DNA from: a virus
Direction: 5' to 3' (one strand)
Length of the DNA stretch: 47,716 nt
Virus record (IMG/VR): IMGVR_UViG_3300016476_001127
Coordinates: 1-47,716 of that record
Position 1 is the stretch's first letter. Each line of letters begins with the position of its first letter. This document shows, piece after piece, positions 39,127-47,466 of the stretch. The position numbers and the translations under genes are program-made. The notes below the pieces were generated by a model that was not told the origin of the DNA, searched no databases, and saw only the letters and a program-made list of their open reading frames with translations.

Positions 39127-39933
39127 TTAAGAATAAAACCTCTCCCCGAGCTTCGCTGCCTGCTTGTGGATCTCGTTCTGCACTTGGCTCGACCAGTACG
39201 TCGCAGGGTTCTGGCGACGCATGTTTTCGTAGTATTTCCAGGTCTTCTCGGATGGCTGGTTCTGTCCGAGGCCAGCGGTGTTCACGCTGCCCTTCGGGGC
39301 GAAGATGTCGTCATTCCTGCGGGCCTGCTGGCCTTCGAGACCGAGGAGGGCGAAGAGCGCCTTCGGCTGGGTCCTGGCAAGATTGGCGACGAACTCCTTC
39401 GTCAGTCCAAGCTGGTTCGTACGAGCTTCGAGTTCCTGCTGATAATCCGGCCCCAGGACTTCCTGGAGCTTTGCCTTCGCAGTTTCGATGTTCTGCCTCT
39501 CGCGGAGCTCGGCTTCCTTAGCCGCTAGGCGCTCCTCGATGAGCTTCTCGATGTCGGGGGTGGAGGTTGCGTTAGACGCGGTCCCATCTGTTTGGTTGCC
39601 TTGACCAGCCGTTTGTGTGGTCTGGTTTGCACCACTGGAGTTCTGCGAGTTCATACGGTCCATGAATTCTTCAAGTTTGATCCGCGTATTGAGCTCCTTG
39701 CGGAGCCCGTCCATCTCCTGCTGGAGACGGGCGATGAAGGCGTCCGAATGGGCTTTCCCCTTTGCGAGGTCGGCTGCATCCTTGAACTTCTTCCCTTCAC
39801 CGACATATTCGGCCATCCAATCCTTGTTGGGGTCGATTACCGGTTCCCGGGTGCCTTCGTTCTCGAACAGCGGCAGGGTGGTCTGATCCCCGGCTGCAGA
39901 AGTGTTAGAACTGAAAAGGTCTTCAGTGCTCAA
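39127..39933 (-). CDS. Scaffolding protein
   Basis: 268 aa, acidic and helical with low-complexity Q/T/N stretches. Lies between the portal and capsid genes. Confidence 0.65.
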   Translation of the reverse strand: MSTEDLFSSNTSAAGDQTTLPLFENEGTREPVIDPNKDWMAEYVGEGKKFKDAADLAKGKAHSDAFIARLQQEMDGLRKELNTRIKLEEFMDRMNSQNSSGANQTTQTAGQGNQTDGTASNATSTPDIEKLIEERLAAKEAELRERQNIETAKAKLQEVLGPDYQQELEARTNQLGLTKEFVANLARTQPKALFALLGLEGQQARRNDDIFAPKGSVNTAGLGQNQPSEKTWKYYENMRRQNPATYWSSQVQNEIHKQAAKLGERFYS

Positions 39934-39937
39934 ATAG

Positions 39938-40198
39938 TTAGTCTCCTAAAAACGAAAGGAGGTCTAAAACCTTTCGTATGCGAGATCGCTCACCGGAAAT
40001 GTGAGCCTGTCTAAAAGCCCAACTGGCATCATTGTCAGGTTGGGTAATCTGGAGGTTGGAGAGGGCCGCATCTTCCTCCCGGAGGAGGTCCCGCAAGCGG
40101 GTCAATGCAGCACTGCTGTTGCGTACTGCACTCTCAAGGTTTGCCTTCTTCCCGGCGTCCTTTAGGTGCTTCGTCCAGGCCGTCGAGAGTGGCTTCAC
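39938..40198 (-). CDS. Hypothetical protein (86 aa)
   Basis: ORF overlapping the portal stop by 4 nt. No motif recognised. Confidence 0.55.
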   Translation of the reverse strand: MKPLSTAWTKHLKDAGKKANLESAVRNSSAALTRLRDLLREEDAALSNLQITQPDNDASWAFRQAHISGERSRIRKVLDLLSFLGD

Positions 40199-42009
40199 GC
40201 CATCCCTCCGACAGCCGACATCGGCATCTGGTCGGAATCGTCAGGTGACAGACCAGAGGGCGTCATCGCTTCCATCCCGACCTGTTCCTCGTGGCTGTTC
40301 ATCTGACGCTGGGCATCAGCACGCTCCGAGAGACGGATGTAGGGATCGACGATCTTGTAGTCCTCGAGGTTCAACAATTCCTCGAACATGTCGGCCATCT
40401 TGATCGAGGAGAAATGCATGCGGAACTCTTCGTCCGCCCACAGGCCAGAGCCCGCCAGGGTGGTGAGGTTCTGGATGACTTCGGCCTTCTCGGCGAAGTG
40501 ACGGGCTGCCAGCGGACGGAGCCGGCCCTGACCGGTGATGTCGGCAGCGGTAAGTTCCCGGAAGACGGCGATCTTGACCTCGTCATTGAAGCCACGGATG
40601 ACGGTCGGGCCCATCTTCCTGCGGAAGAGCTCGAGCATGCCATTTAAAACATTCTCGACGATCTCTTCCTCGAACTGGGAGATCTTCGACTGGAAGATAC
40701 GTCCGGCAGCCGACTCGAGGCGCTGGACCTCGTAAGCGGTCTTTTCACCAGGCGAGCGGATACCCATCGCCTCCTTCGGCGAGCCAGCCATCTCTTCCAT
40801 CAACTGCATGAGGAACTGGATTTCCATGTCCGTCTGCTGCGTCTGGTTCGGAAGCTGCACAGGTTCGACGTCACCGTCGTCACCGACGAAGATCCGTTCC
40901 ATCGGGCCCCATTCGAATTCGTCGACATAGCCCTTGATCTTGAGGACCGGGAAGGTCGACAGATCCGCGACGTCGGCTTTGAGATTCTCGAGGTGGTCGA
41001 TGCGGTACTGCATGCCGATAAGGTTATCGAGCGGCCCCATGGCCCAGAGGTTGTCCTGGCGGGGCCTCCATCCGGCATGCCAGATCGGGGCGGTGCCGAA
41101 GTAGCTCGGGTTCGGCTTCTTCGAAATGACTTTGTGGCGGTCGACGACCATGATGACATGGTTCTCGAGGAGCTCGTCATTCTCGACGTCATAAAGATCG
41201 CCGTAGAAGGTCAGGAGCTCGACGTAATTCGACTCGAGGTAGTGGCGCCAGGAGGCAAAGCCGTCGACGTTTAAGTAGCTGTCCTTCTCGGAGAGGTCAT
41301 AAGAGGGATTTGCCCCGGCAACGCCCCTGCGGAGGTCCATGAGGTAGGAGAAGAGCTCCTTGTAGGCCTCGGCATCCTCGCCGGTGGACTCGGCCTGCAG
41401 CACCTTCTTGAGCTCGCCCAGCGTGAGCATGGCACGGACGATCTTCGGGGAGGACTCGAAAGAGGCGGCGATCGGGTTGAAGACGATGTCGAGGGGCGAG
41501 ATGCGGCGGGGCGCGGAGCCGACATAGCCAACCTGTTGCCGGTCCTCCAGCATGCGGTTGTTGTCGATCCAGTCGACCATGGCGAAGCAGTTGCCGTAGT
41601 CGATATAGTCCTGGACGAGCTTGCCGACTTCCTTCTTGAAAGCCGAGCGGTCGATCGCCCACTCCATCACGCCCTCGATGGAGTCACGCTTGTCGCGGGT
41701 TTCGTCCTGCTCCTTGTCGCCTTCCCAGTACAGCCACTTCCGCTTCGGGAACAGCGAAGCCATGTAGTTTGCGTAGAGATTGTCCCGGATCTGGCAGAGC
41801 TTCGGGATCGTCGTCTTGTTCTTCCAGGGGAGCTTCGAATTCGTCGTCTGGGTCGTATCGGTCGCGTAGACGTATCGTCGGATCTCATTCCACTCCGCGA
41901 CCTTCGTCTGGCGGAGCGTGTTCCAGGTCACCCACTTGCTTGCGATGTCGCAGCCGAGCTTGTCCGGGGAGACGCCGAGGGAGTCAATATCGAGGGTTTT
42001 ACCAGCCAT
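40195..42009 (-). CDS. Portal protein
   Basis: 604 aa, directly downstream of the large terminase and upstream of the scaffold. Size and order are typical. Confidence 0.75.
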   Translation of the reverse strand: MAGKTLDIDSLGVSPDKLGCDIASKWVTWNTLRQTKVAEWNEIRRYVYATDTTQTTNSKLPWKNKTTIPKLCQIRDNLYANYMASLFPKRKWLYWEGDKEQDETRDKRDSIEGVMEWAIDRSAFKKEVGKLVQDYIDYGNCFAMVDWIDNNRMLEDRQQVGYVGSAPRRISPLDIVFNPIAASFESSPKIVRAMLTLGELKKVLQAESTGEDAEAYKELFSYLMDLRRGVAGANPSYDLSEKDSYLNVDGFASWRHYLESNYVELLTFYGDLYDVENDELLENHVIMVVDRHKVISKKPNPSYFGTAPIWHAGWRPRQDNLWAMGPLDNLIGMQYRIDHLENLKADVADLSTFPVLKIKGYVDEFEWGPMERIFVGDDGDVEPVQLPNQTQQTDMEIQFLMQLMEEMAGSPKEAMGIRSPGEKTAYEVQRLESAAGRIFQSKISQFEEEIVENVLNGMLELFRRKMGPTVIRGFNDEVKIAVFRELTAADITGQGRLRPLAARHFAEKAEVIQNLTTLAGSGLWADEEFRMHFSSIKMADMFEELLNLEDYKIVDPYIRLSERADAQRQMNSHEEQVGMEAMTPSGLSPDDSDQMPMSAVGGMA

Positions 42010-42012
42010 CTC

Positions 42013-43572
42013 TTACCTAATGCCGCCGAAGCGGGTTGATCCGATGATTTGTGCCCGGGCCTGCCTGCCTCTGAGTCCCGAGCCCTGGTTGCCAGTCGGC
42101 GGGACACACATTTCCAGAACAGAGGCGAGGGCGTCCTTGACGTCATCATGGGGCGGGTTCTGCAGGACGAGCTCTTCCTCGAGCGTCTGGCAGTTGCCCC
42201 CGGCGTAGTGCCAGACCTGTCCATTCTGGTAGCGGGGCTGGAGGATCGCATCCATGCGCTCTTCCTTTGAACCCTGATGGCGAGTGGGGCGAACCCCCTC
42301 GACCGATAGCGCAAGCCCATGCTTGCGGATGTAGTTATTCTTTAATTCCTCGACGATGACCTCCTGGGCGGCAGTCACTTCAGCCCGGATTTTGCGGAAG
42401 TCCCACTTCTGGTGGGCCTGGAGGATCTTCTGGAAGTACTCCGAGACTTGCTTCGTCTTGAACCGTTCGATGTCTAAGACGTAATAATTCGAGTTCGCAT
42501 CGACTCCGACGACGACGATCGAGGTGTAGTCGGACTTCTTCGACAGCGAGTAGGCGAAGTCGATGGCAGCGAAGACGTTCAGCCTCCGGTTCTGGTAGTA
42601 CCAGCGTCCATCCCGTCGGGCGAGGAAGCTTCGATCGTAGTACTGGAACAGATCTCGAGAGATGGCCGCTTCAGAAGCGTCGTTCGGATCGTTGTAATAC
42701 TGGGCACGGAACTGGGTCTTGTCGAGATACTGGGCTCGCTTCTTTGCCAGAATAGCCTGGTCAAACCCAAACCACTTACCGTCTGCACGCTGCTGACGAG
42801 GCCAGATAAACTCACCGGTACCGTCTCCGTGGCTTTCGACCTGGCATTCGAACTTCTCGTAGAGAGGCTCTGAGCCTGCGATGTCACCGTATTCGTCGAA
42901 GAGATCGACCTCCATCTCGACCATGTCGTTGTAGAGGTCCTTCGGGTGGTAGCGGGTGCCCACCGCCCATTCTCGGGCATCGGCACCCTCGATCGAGGAC
43001 AGCAGCGAGTATTGCTGCTTCGTCTTCTCGCGGCCTTCCTCGGTATAGGCGTTCTCGCGGACTACGACGTCATCCAGAACAGCAATATCGCAGTGTAGGC
43101 CGGTAATTGAGGTTGTGAGACCAGCAGTAAAGATAGTCGGGTCACGAACTAGCTCTTGTTTGCGTTTCGGGTGGTCGACGGCGATTTCGGTCTCCGTCCA
43201 CTTCTCGCGCTTACCTTCCTCCGGAATGATCATCTCGGGCCAGTAAAACCGGTAGATGTCGGAGGTCAGGATGTCTTTAATGAATTTGAGCTGCTTGATC
43301 GCGAGATTGGCAGTACTCGAGATGTAAAGGACACGGACGGCGGGGTTCCTGGTGATCTCCCAGGCGACACGGTAGGCGACGAGAGCCGACTTCTGGTGGT
43401 CACGCGGCATCAGGAGAAGCTGGTGGGACTTCGAATCTTCCCGGTTCCACCACCGGATGACGTCCCTGTGAATTCCACCGAGGACACGGTTCGGGTGGAT
43501 GAGGCGGATGAAGGCTTCGAGGTCGGATTCGGCTTGCTGCCGGATCTGCGTCTTGCGGTCGGTCTGCTTCAA
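42013..43572 (-). CDS. terL: Terminase large subunit
   Basis: LLLMPRDHQKSAL (P-R-x-x-x-K-S Walker-A variant), CDIAVLDDVV (Walker B) and a C-terminal nuclease-like IVVVGVD...DIERF. TTG 43572 with a TTGA overlap. The track ORF extends to 43887 through off-frame overlap. Confidence 0.8.
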   Translation of the reverse strand: MKQTDRKTQIRQQAESDLEAFIRLIHPNRVLGGIHRDVIRWWNREDSKSHQLLLMPRDHQKSALVAYRVAWEITRNPAVRVLYISSTANLAIKQLKFIKDILTSDIYRFYWPEMIIPEEGKREKWTETEIAVDHPKRKQELVRDPTIFTAGLTTSITGLHCDIAVLDDVVVRENAYTEEGREKTKQQYSLLSSIEGADAREWAVGTRYHPKDLYNDMVEMEVDLFDEYGDIAGSEPLYEKFECQVESHGDGTGEFIWPRQQRADGKWFGFDQAILAKKRAQYLDKTQFRAQYYNDPNDASEAAISRDLFQYYDRSFLARRDGRWYYQNRRLNVFAAIDFAYSLSKKSDYTSIVVVGVDANSNYYVLDIERFKTKQVSEYFQKILQAHQKWDFRKIRAEVTAAQEVIVEELKNNYIRKHGLALSVEGVRPTRHQGSKEERMDAILQPRYQNGQVWHYAGGNCQTLEEELVLQNPPHDDVKDALASVLEMCVPPTGNQGSGLRGRQARAQIIGSTRFGGIR

Positions 43573-43982
43573 GCAAGTTCCATGGGCGGATGGATGATCT
43601 GGAGGCCCATCCGGCTCAGGTGGACGAAGGGCTCCTGGTCGGAGACGTCGGCACGCAGGAAGATCCCCTGGATCTCTTCGAGGGTGACCGGGAGGCCAGC
43701 CTGGGAGGCGTAGGCGTAGACGGTCTCGGCATCCCCGGCGTAGTGGTCCGTCTCGAACCACTGGCCCTCGAGGTTCACGGACCAGCTGGAGAAGGGCGAC
43801 AGGGAGACGAAGGCCTCCGGGATGAATCCGGAAGAGATGTAGTGGGTCACCGGTTCGCTGCCTGTTGCCGAGAGCGGCGTCTTCCACATGCCTTCGCCAC
43901 CGGGGCCGAAGGCAGAGGCGATGGCACGGACCTTGGTGGCATCCTGGGCGGCGATGACGAGGGTTCGATAGAGATCAGCCAA
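43569..43982 (-). CDS. Hypothetical protein (137 aa)
   Basis: ATG ORF with consistent codon bias. No motif recognised. Confidence 0.6.
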   Translation of the reverse strand: MADLYRTLVIAAQDATKVRAIASAFGPGGEGMWKTPLSATGSEPVTHYISSGFIPEAFVSLSPFSSWSVNLEGQWFETDHYAGDAETVYAYASQAGLPVTLEEIQGIFLRADVSDQEPFVHLSRMGLQIIHPPMELA

Positions 43983-43983
43983 G

Positions 43984-45306
43984 TTAATACGCTCTCGTCT
44001 TTTGGTTCATCCAGGATTCGGCAGTGAGGATCTGGGCGGAGGTTGTCGCAGCCCCACGGACCACCAGTCCATAGAGGCGACCGTTAAACGGAAGAGTGCT
44101 GCCCGCGCGGCTGCCGATATAAATCGAGGCGTTGATGTAGTTTCCAGAACCTTGATCGCCGCTGCCAGTGCCTGTCGTTCCTTGATTGAGACGAATAGAG
44201 CGGATGTCGTTCAAGATATCAGCGGCTGCTGAGATAACTGCAGTTGCAGGGGCAGTAAGAGCCACCGATGCAACGCTGCCCGCCGATACAGTTCCGCGCG
44301 ACCACAAGGCGATGTCGGCAGAGAGCGGGGCGGCAAGATAAAATCCACCAGCGTTAGCAAAACTGTCCACGCCGAGTTCAGCAAGAATCGCTACAGCCGC
44401 GTCACTGTTTTTTCGCATTCCAGCGAACACGCTCATGGTGCTCGTTGAAGTAAAGTTGACTGCCCCCGTGGCAAGGCTGTCGTCTACACCATCGAACGCC
44501 AGATACTGCGGGAAGTCTGCGACATCGTAGTCTGTAGCAGCCCCGACGCGCTGGTAGACGGGAAGGCCAACACCGTCATTCGTATCGCGAAGATCGGTGC
44601 CCCAGAACAAAACGCCGGAAGTGCCATTGCCTGCAAAGGATGTAACACTGTTTGCGTTTACGACCCAAACAACAGCTTGTGTGCTGGCGGCGGTCATCGC
44701 GATTGTGCAGCGATACCACCCGTTTCCGACCGGCGTGATCGAGCCTGTGCAGAGTACCTGCGTACCAACCGTGCCGCTGTTTACATTGAACCAAGCATAC
44801 CCGGCACCTTGGAGAATAATCCAATCATATCCAGATGCTTTTGCGTAAACACTAAACGTGTGGCTAGGCGCCGTAGCGTTTACTATTTGCTGCAACAAGT
44901 GGCTGCCCGTTGTCGTATTGGGCACGAACAAGTCAGCAGTAGTCGCCCCATTCGGCGCTACACCGGCATTTGCAGTGATAGTGTCGCCAGCGATATTTTT
45001 TGTCCACGCAGCGTTATCAAACTGTTCGCTGTAATTAAGCCGATTGTACTTTGCGCGAAGCGTTGGGCGGGCTGCAGAAGTTGCCTGCGTGGCGTGGTTG
45101 CCGCGCCCGCTCTTGTCAAGCAAACGGCCAACGGGCTGCTCTACCGCCGTCACAGGAGTGGTTCCTGCGTCGTCCTGGAACATCGTGGAAAGGTCGCTCG
45201 GGTCGTACCAGACACCCTGCTCGCCTGAAGCAAACAGCATTGCAGGGGAGAAGGGAACACCCCCTCCGAAGTTCAGGCCAAGACCGAGACCAAGAGCGTT
45301 GGGCAT
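43984..45306 (-). CDS. LamG/concanavalin-like domain protein, fiber- or host-interaction-like
   Basis: Gly-rich N-terminus, LFASGEQGVWYDPSDLSTMFQD motif, and C-terminal YLAFDGVDDSL...IYIGSRAGSTLPFNGRLYGLVV (LamG-type). Noticeably lower GC than its neighbours. Confidence 0.55.
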   Translation of the reverse strand: MPNALGLGLGLNFGGGVPFSPAMLFASGEQGVWYDPSDLSTMFQDDAGTTPVTAVEQPVGRLLDKSGRGNHATQATSAARPTLRAKYNRLNYSEQFDNAAWTKNIAGDTITANAGVAPNGATTADLFVPNTTTGSHLLQQIVNATAPSHTFSVYAKASGYDWIILQGAGYAWFNVNSGTVGTQVLCTGSITPVGNGWYRCTIAMTAASTQAVVWVVNANSVTSFAGNGTSGVLFWGTDLRDTNDGVGLPVYQRVGAATDYDVADFPQYLAFDGVDDSLATGAVNFTSTSTMSVFAGMRKNSDAAVAILAELGVDSFANAGGFYLAAPLSADIALWSRGTVSAGSVASVALTAPATAVISAAADILNDIRSIRLNQGTTGTGSGDQGSGNYINASIYIGSRAGSTLPFNGRLYGLVVRGAATTSAQILTAESWMNQKTRAY

Positions 45307-45312
45307 TCTGGG

Positions 45313-45561
45313 TTAGTACAGAGCTACGATGTTGGAGGCGGTGGTAGAGGTAGAGTTTACCCGCTTTGCGATGACCGGGAGGATCGAGCCTGACTGAACG
45401 TTGGTGAAGGTTACGGTGGAGTTGTCCGGAAAGACGACAACGACATTGCCACCGGTGCCGACGTAGAGTGCTCTGGCATCGAAAGAGAGGTTGGTTGAAT
45501 CAGAAGGGGTGACAGCTACAGCCTTTGGAGAGGAGATCAGCCGTTCTTCGGTGTAGTACAT
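45313..45561 (-). CDS. Hypothetical beta-rich protein (82 aa)
   Basis: ATG ORF preceded by CAGGAT. ALYVGTGGNVVVVFPDNSTVTFTNVQSGSILPV. Confidence 0.55.
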   Translation of the reverse strand: MYYTEERLISSPKAVAVTPSDSTNLSFDARALYVGTGGNVVVVFPDNSTVTFTNVQSGSILPVIAKRVNSTSTTASNIVALY

Positions 45562-45669
45562 TCTGGATCCTGAATCTGAAATGGCTCTAGAAGGGCTTAG
45601 GAAGGCCGTAGAGCGGCTTTGTGTGGTAAGAGGCTAAGGGGTGGTAGCCTTGAGGTAAGGAAGGGCTTC

Positions 45670-46044
45670 CTAGGCTTTTCTACGTGGACCAGCGGGGCCT
45701 CTGGAGGCGATCATCTGCCGCTGCTTCTGGTAGTTCGTCATTGCCTTCTTGGCAGGAGCTGCAGCAGGCTTGGCCTTTGCAGCGGTTGCTACCGGCTTGG
45801 CCTTCGGCTTGGGAGCGGCTGCCTTAGCGGCGACAGAAGGCTTGGGCTTGGGCTTCGGAGCAGCTAACTTCGGCTTATCGACCTTCGCTGCCCGGTTGGG
45901 GTTGTCTTTCGGCATCGGCTTCTTGTCGCCCTTGGCGGCAACGTTCACCGTGTCCTTCGGCATCTTGCCCTTATCGACCTTCTGGGAGAGCCCAGCGTTC
46001 GGGTTTCTGGGCTTGGGATCTTTCTTGTAGCGATCGCGGTACAT
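45670..46044 (-). CDS. Lys/Ala/Pro-rich histone-H1-like basic protein
   Basis: Degenerate repeats DKGKMPKDTVNVAAKG / DKKPMPKDNPNRAAKV, then KPKLAAPKPKPKPSVAAKAAAPKPKAKPVATAAKAKPAAAPAKK. Confidence 0.65.
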   Translation of the reverse strand: MYRDRYKKDPKPRNPNAGLSQKVDKGKMPKDTVNVAAKGDKKPMPKDNPNRAAKVDKPKLAAPKPKPKPSVAAKAAAPKPKAKPVATAAKAKPAAAPAKKAMTNYQKQRQMIASRGPAGPRRKA

Positions 46045-46045
46045 T

Positions 46046-46567
46046 CTAGTTCAGTTCCTTGGTCAGTCGTTCGAAGTCTTCCTCGAGTCTGCGCTCGACG
46101 AGGGCGATCTCATTCGCTGCGGCCTTGACTTCGTCCTTGCTTGGACGGCCCCGGGTGTTGTTTCCGGAGTCTTTGTCGACCCAGCCCTTCTCGATGAGGA
46201 ATTTGTTTGCGAGGAAGGCGTTCTTCGAAGACGACGCAGCCTCGGATTTAAGACGGTTAAGGGCTCTGGCCTTGATTTTGAGCGAGAGCTCCTTCCTCCA
46301 GCGGGAGACGTAAGGCTTGAACCAAGTGCTGGAGGTCAACATTTCCCAATGCTCCCAGCCATCGAGGTGGAGATTGGCAAACTCGTATTCGGTTAGGTCC
46401 TCGGTCTCGAGGTAAAGACGATAAAGGCTGGGGTAGGTTACGTCTCCGACGACGTGGTCCCAGTCTTTTAGGGTGTACGACACAGAAGCTTTATCGGCTC
46501 CTGTAGTTTCGTAGAAGAGCCCCTTAAGGTACCGACCGTTAGCAGCATTACGGAACTTAGGATTCAA
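46046..46567 (-). CDS. First gene of the late arm; possible small terminase / DNA-binding protein (positional guess)
   Basis: 173 aa with a TTG start. RGRPSK AT-hook-like motif. Lies directly downstream of the promoter and repeat array. No verified homology. Confidence 0.4.
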   Translation of the reverse strand: MNPKFRNAANGRYLKGLFYETTGADKASVSYTLKDWDHVVGDVTYPSLYRLYLETEDLTEYEFANLHLDGWEHWEMLTSSTWFKPYVSRWRKELSLKIKARALNRLKSEAASSSKNAFLANKFLIEKGWVDKDSGNNTRGRPSKDEVKAAANEIALVERRLEEDFERLTKELN

Positions 46568-46576
46568 GAGGTATAG

Positions 46577-46719
46577 CCTTAGGTATTGCCTTAAGTAGCT
46601 TTAAGGTAAGGATAATAACGACTAACTATATAGCTTGGAGATATGCCTAAGGAGCTTAAGCTCTACTTGAAGGCGCTCTAGGGTAATGCTTAAGGAATGC
46701 CTTAAGCTAGTACCTTAAG
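46577..46719. repeat. Array of about 9 CTTAAG-type palindromic motifs in three triplets
   Basis: CCTTAGG 46577, CCTTAAG 46589 and CTTTAAGG 46599. CCTAAGG 46646, GCTTAAG 46654 and CTTGAAGG 46666. GCTTAAGG 46688, CCTTAAG 46700 and CCTTAAG 46713. Spacing within triplets is 8-13 bp. Confidence 0.75.
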
Positions 46720-46746
46720 TATACCATAGGAATAGCTGCCTGTCAA
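46718..46746 (-). promoter_or_regulatory. Near-consensus sigma70-type promoter for the minus-strand (virion) arm
   Basis: On the minus strand: TTGACA (46746..46741), a 17-nt spacer, then TATACT (46723..46718). About 150 nt upstream of start 46567. Confidence 0.55.
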
Positions 46747-46815
46747 GGAAATTACTCCTTGAAGGTACAGCAGGAATTTCTGTGAGAAAATCTGGAGGTG
46801 TAATTCACCTACAAC

Positions 46816-46847
46816 TCTACCCCCCTCACCCCCCTCTACCCCCTTCC
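46816..46847. repeat. C-run tract (G-runs on the minus strand)
   Basis: tctaCCCCCCtcaCCCCCCtctaCCCCCttcc: three C5-6 runs spaced by 3-4 nt. Confidence 0.8.
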
Positions 46848-47466
46848 AAAGGAAGTTCCACAGGGAATTCAAGTAGTTAGCTATGTGGGGAGGATGGGGT
46901 GTATTACCCTCTAGCCCACTCTCATTGCACTAACCTCTTGAAGTACCACATGTTCTAGCCTTAGCACATGCAGCAGGCAGATACTGTGATCAATGCACCT
47001 AGTTCTGCCTTGGTCGCTGTCGTTCTCAGTACCATCCTCATGCCTTAAGCAGTAGCCTTGGGCGCGCCCTTTGGGACGGGCTCTACTCGCAGCCACATCT
47101 CTAACCTCACACACCACAAGCAGTCCTAGTGGCTGCTCACCAAGCCGCCCTTCGAAGGGGGGCGTCTTGGCCTATCGGTGACGATCCCTCGCGCAAGAGC
47201 TTCTTTCTTAGACACCCGTTGTTGTCTCCACCAGTCTTGTACCCCTACGAGTTTCAGCAACCCCAGTCGTCGTAGCGCATCACTGACCCATGTAGATTCA
47301 TCAGTTGCCTATTGGTTGGACTATGAACCATCGCCGGTCGAGTTCAATAGTGCGGCTACGAGTTCAGACTCGAGGTCTCCCTTGAATCAGCACCTCGGTC
47401 TCCTTCTTCTGGTCGTTAACGCCGACTATTGATCTCGCCCTCAATGGCGATGGCTCATGTGACGTC

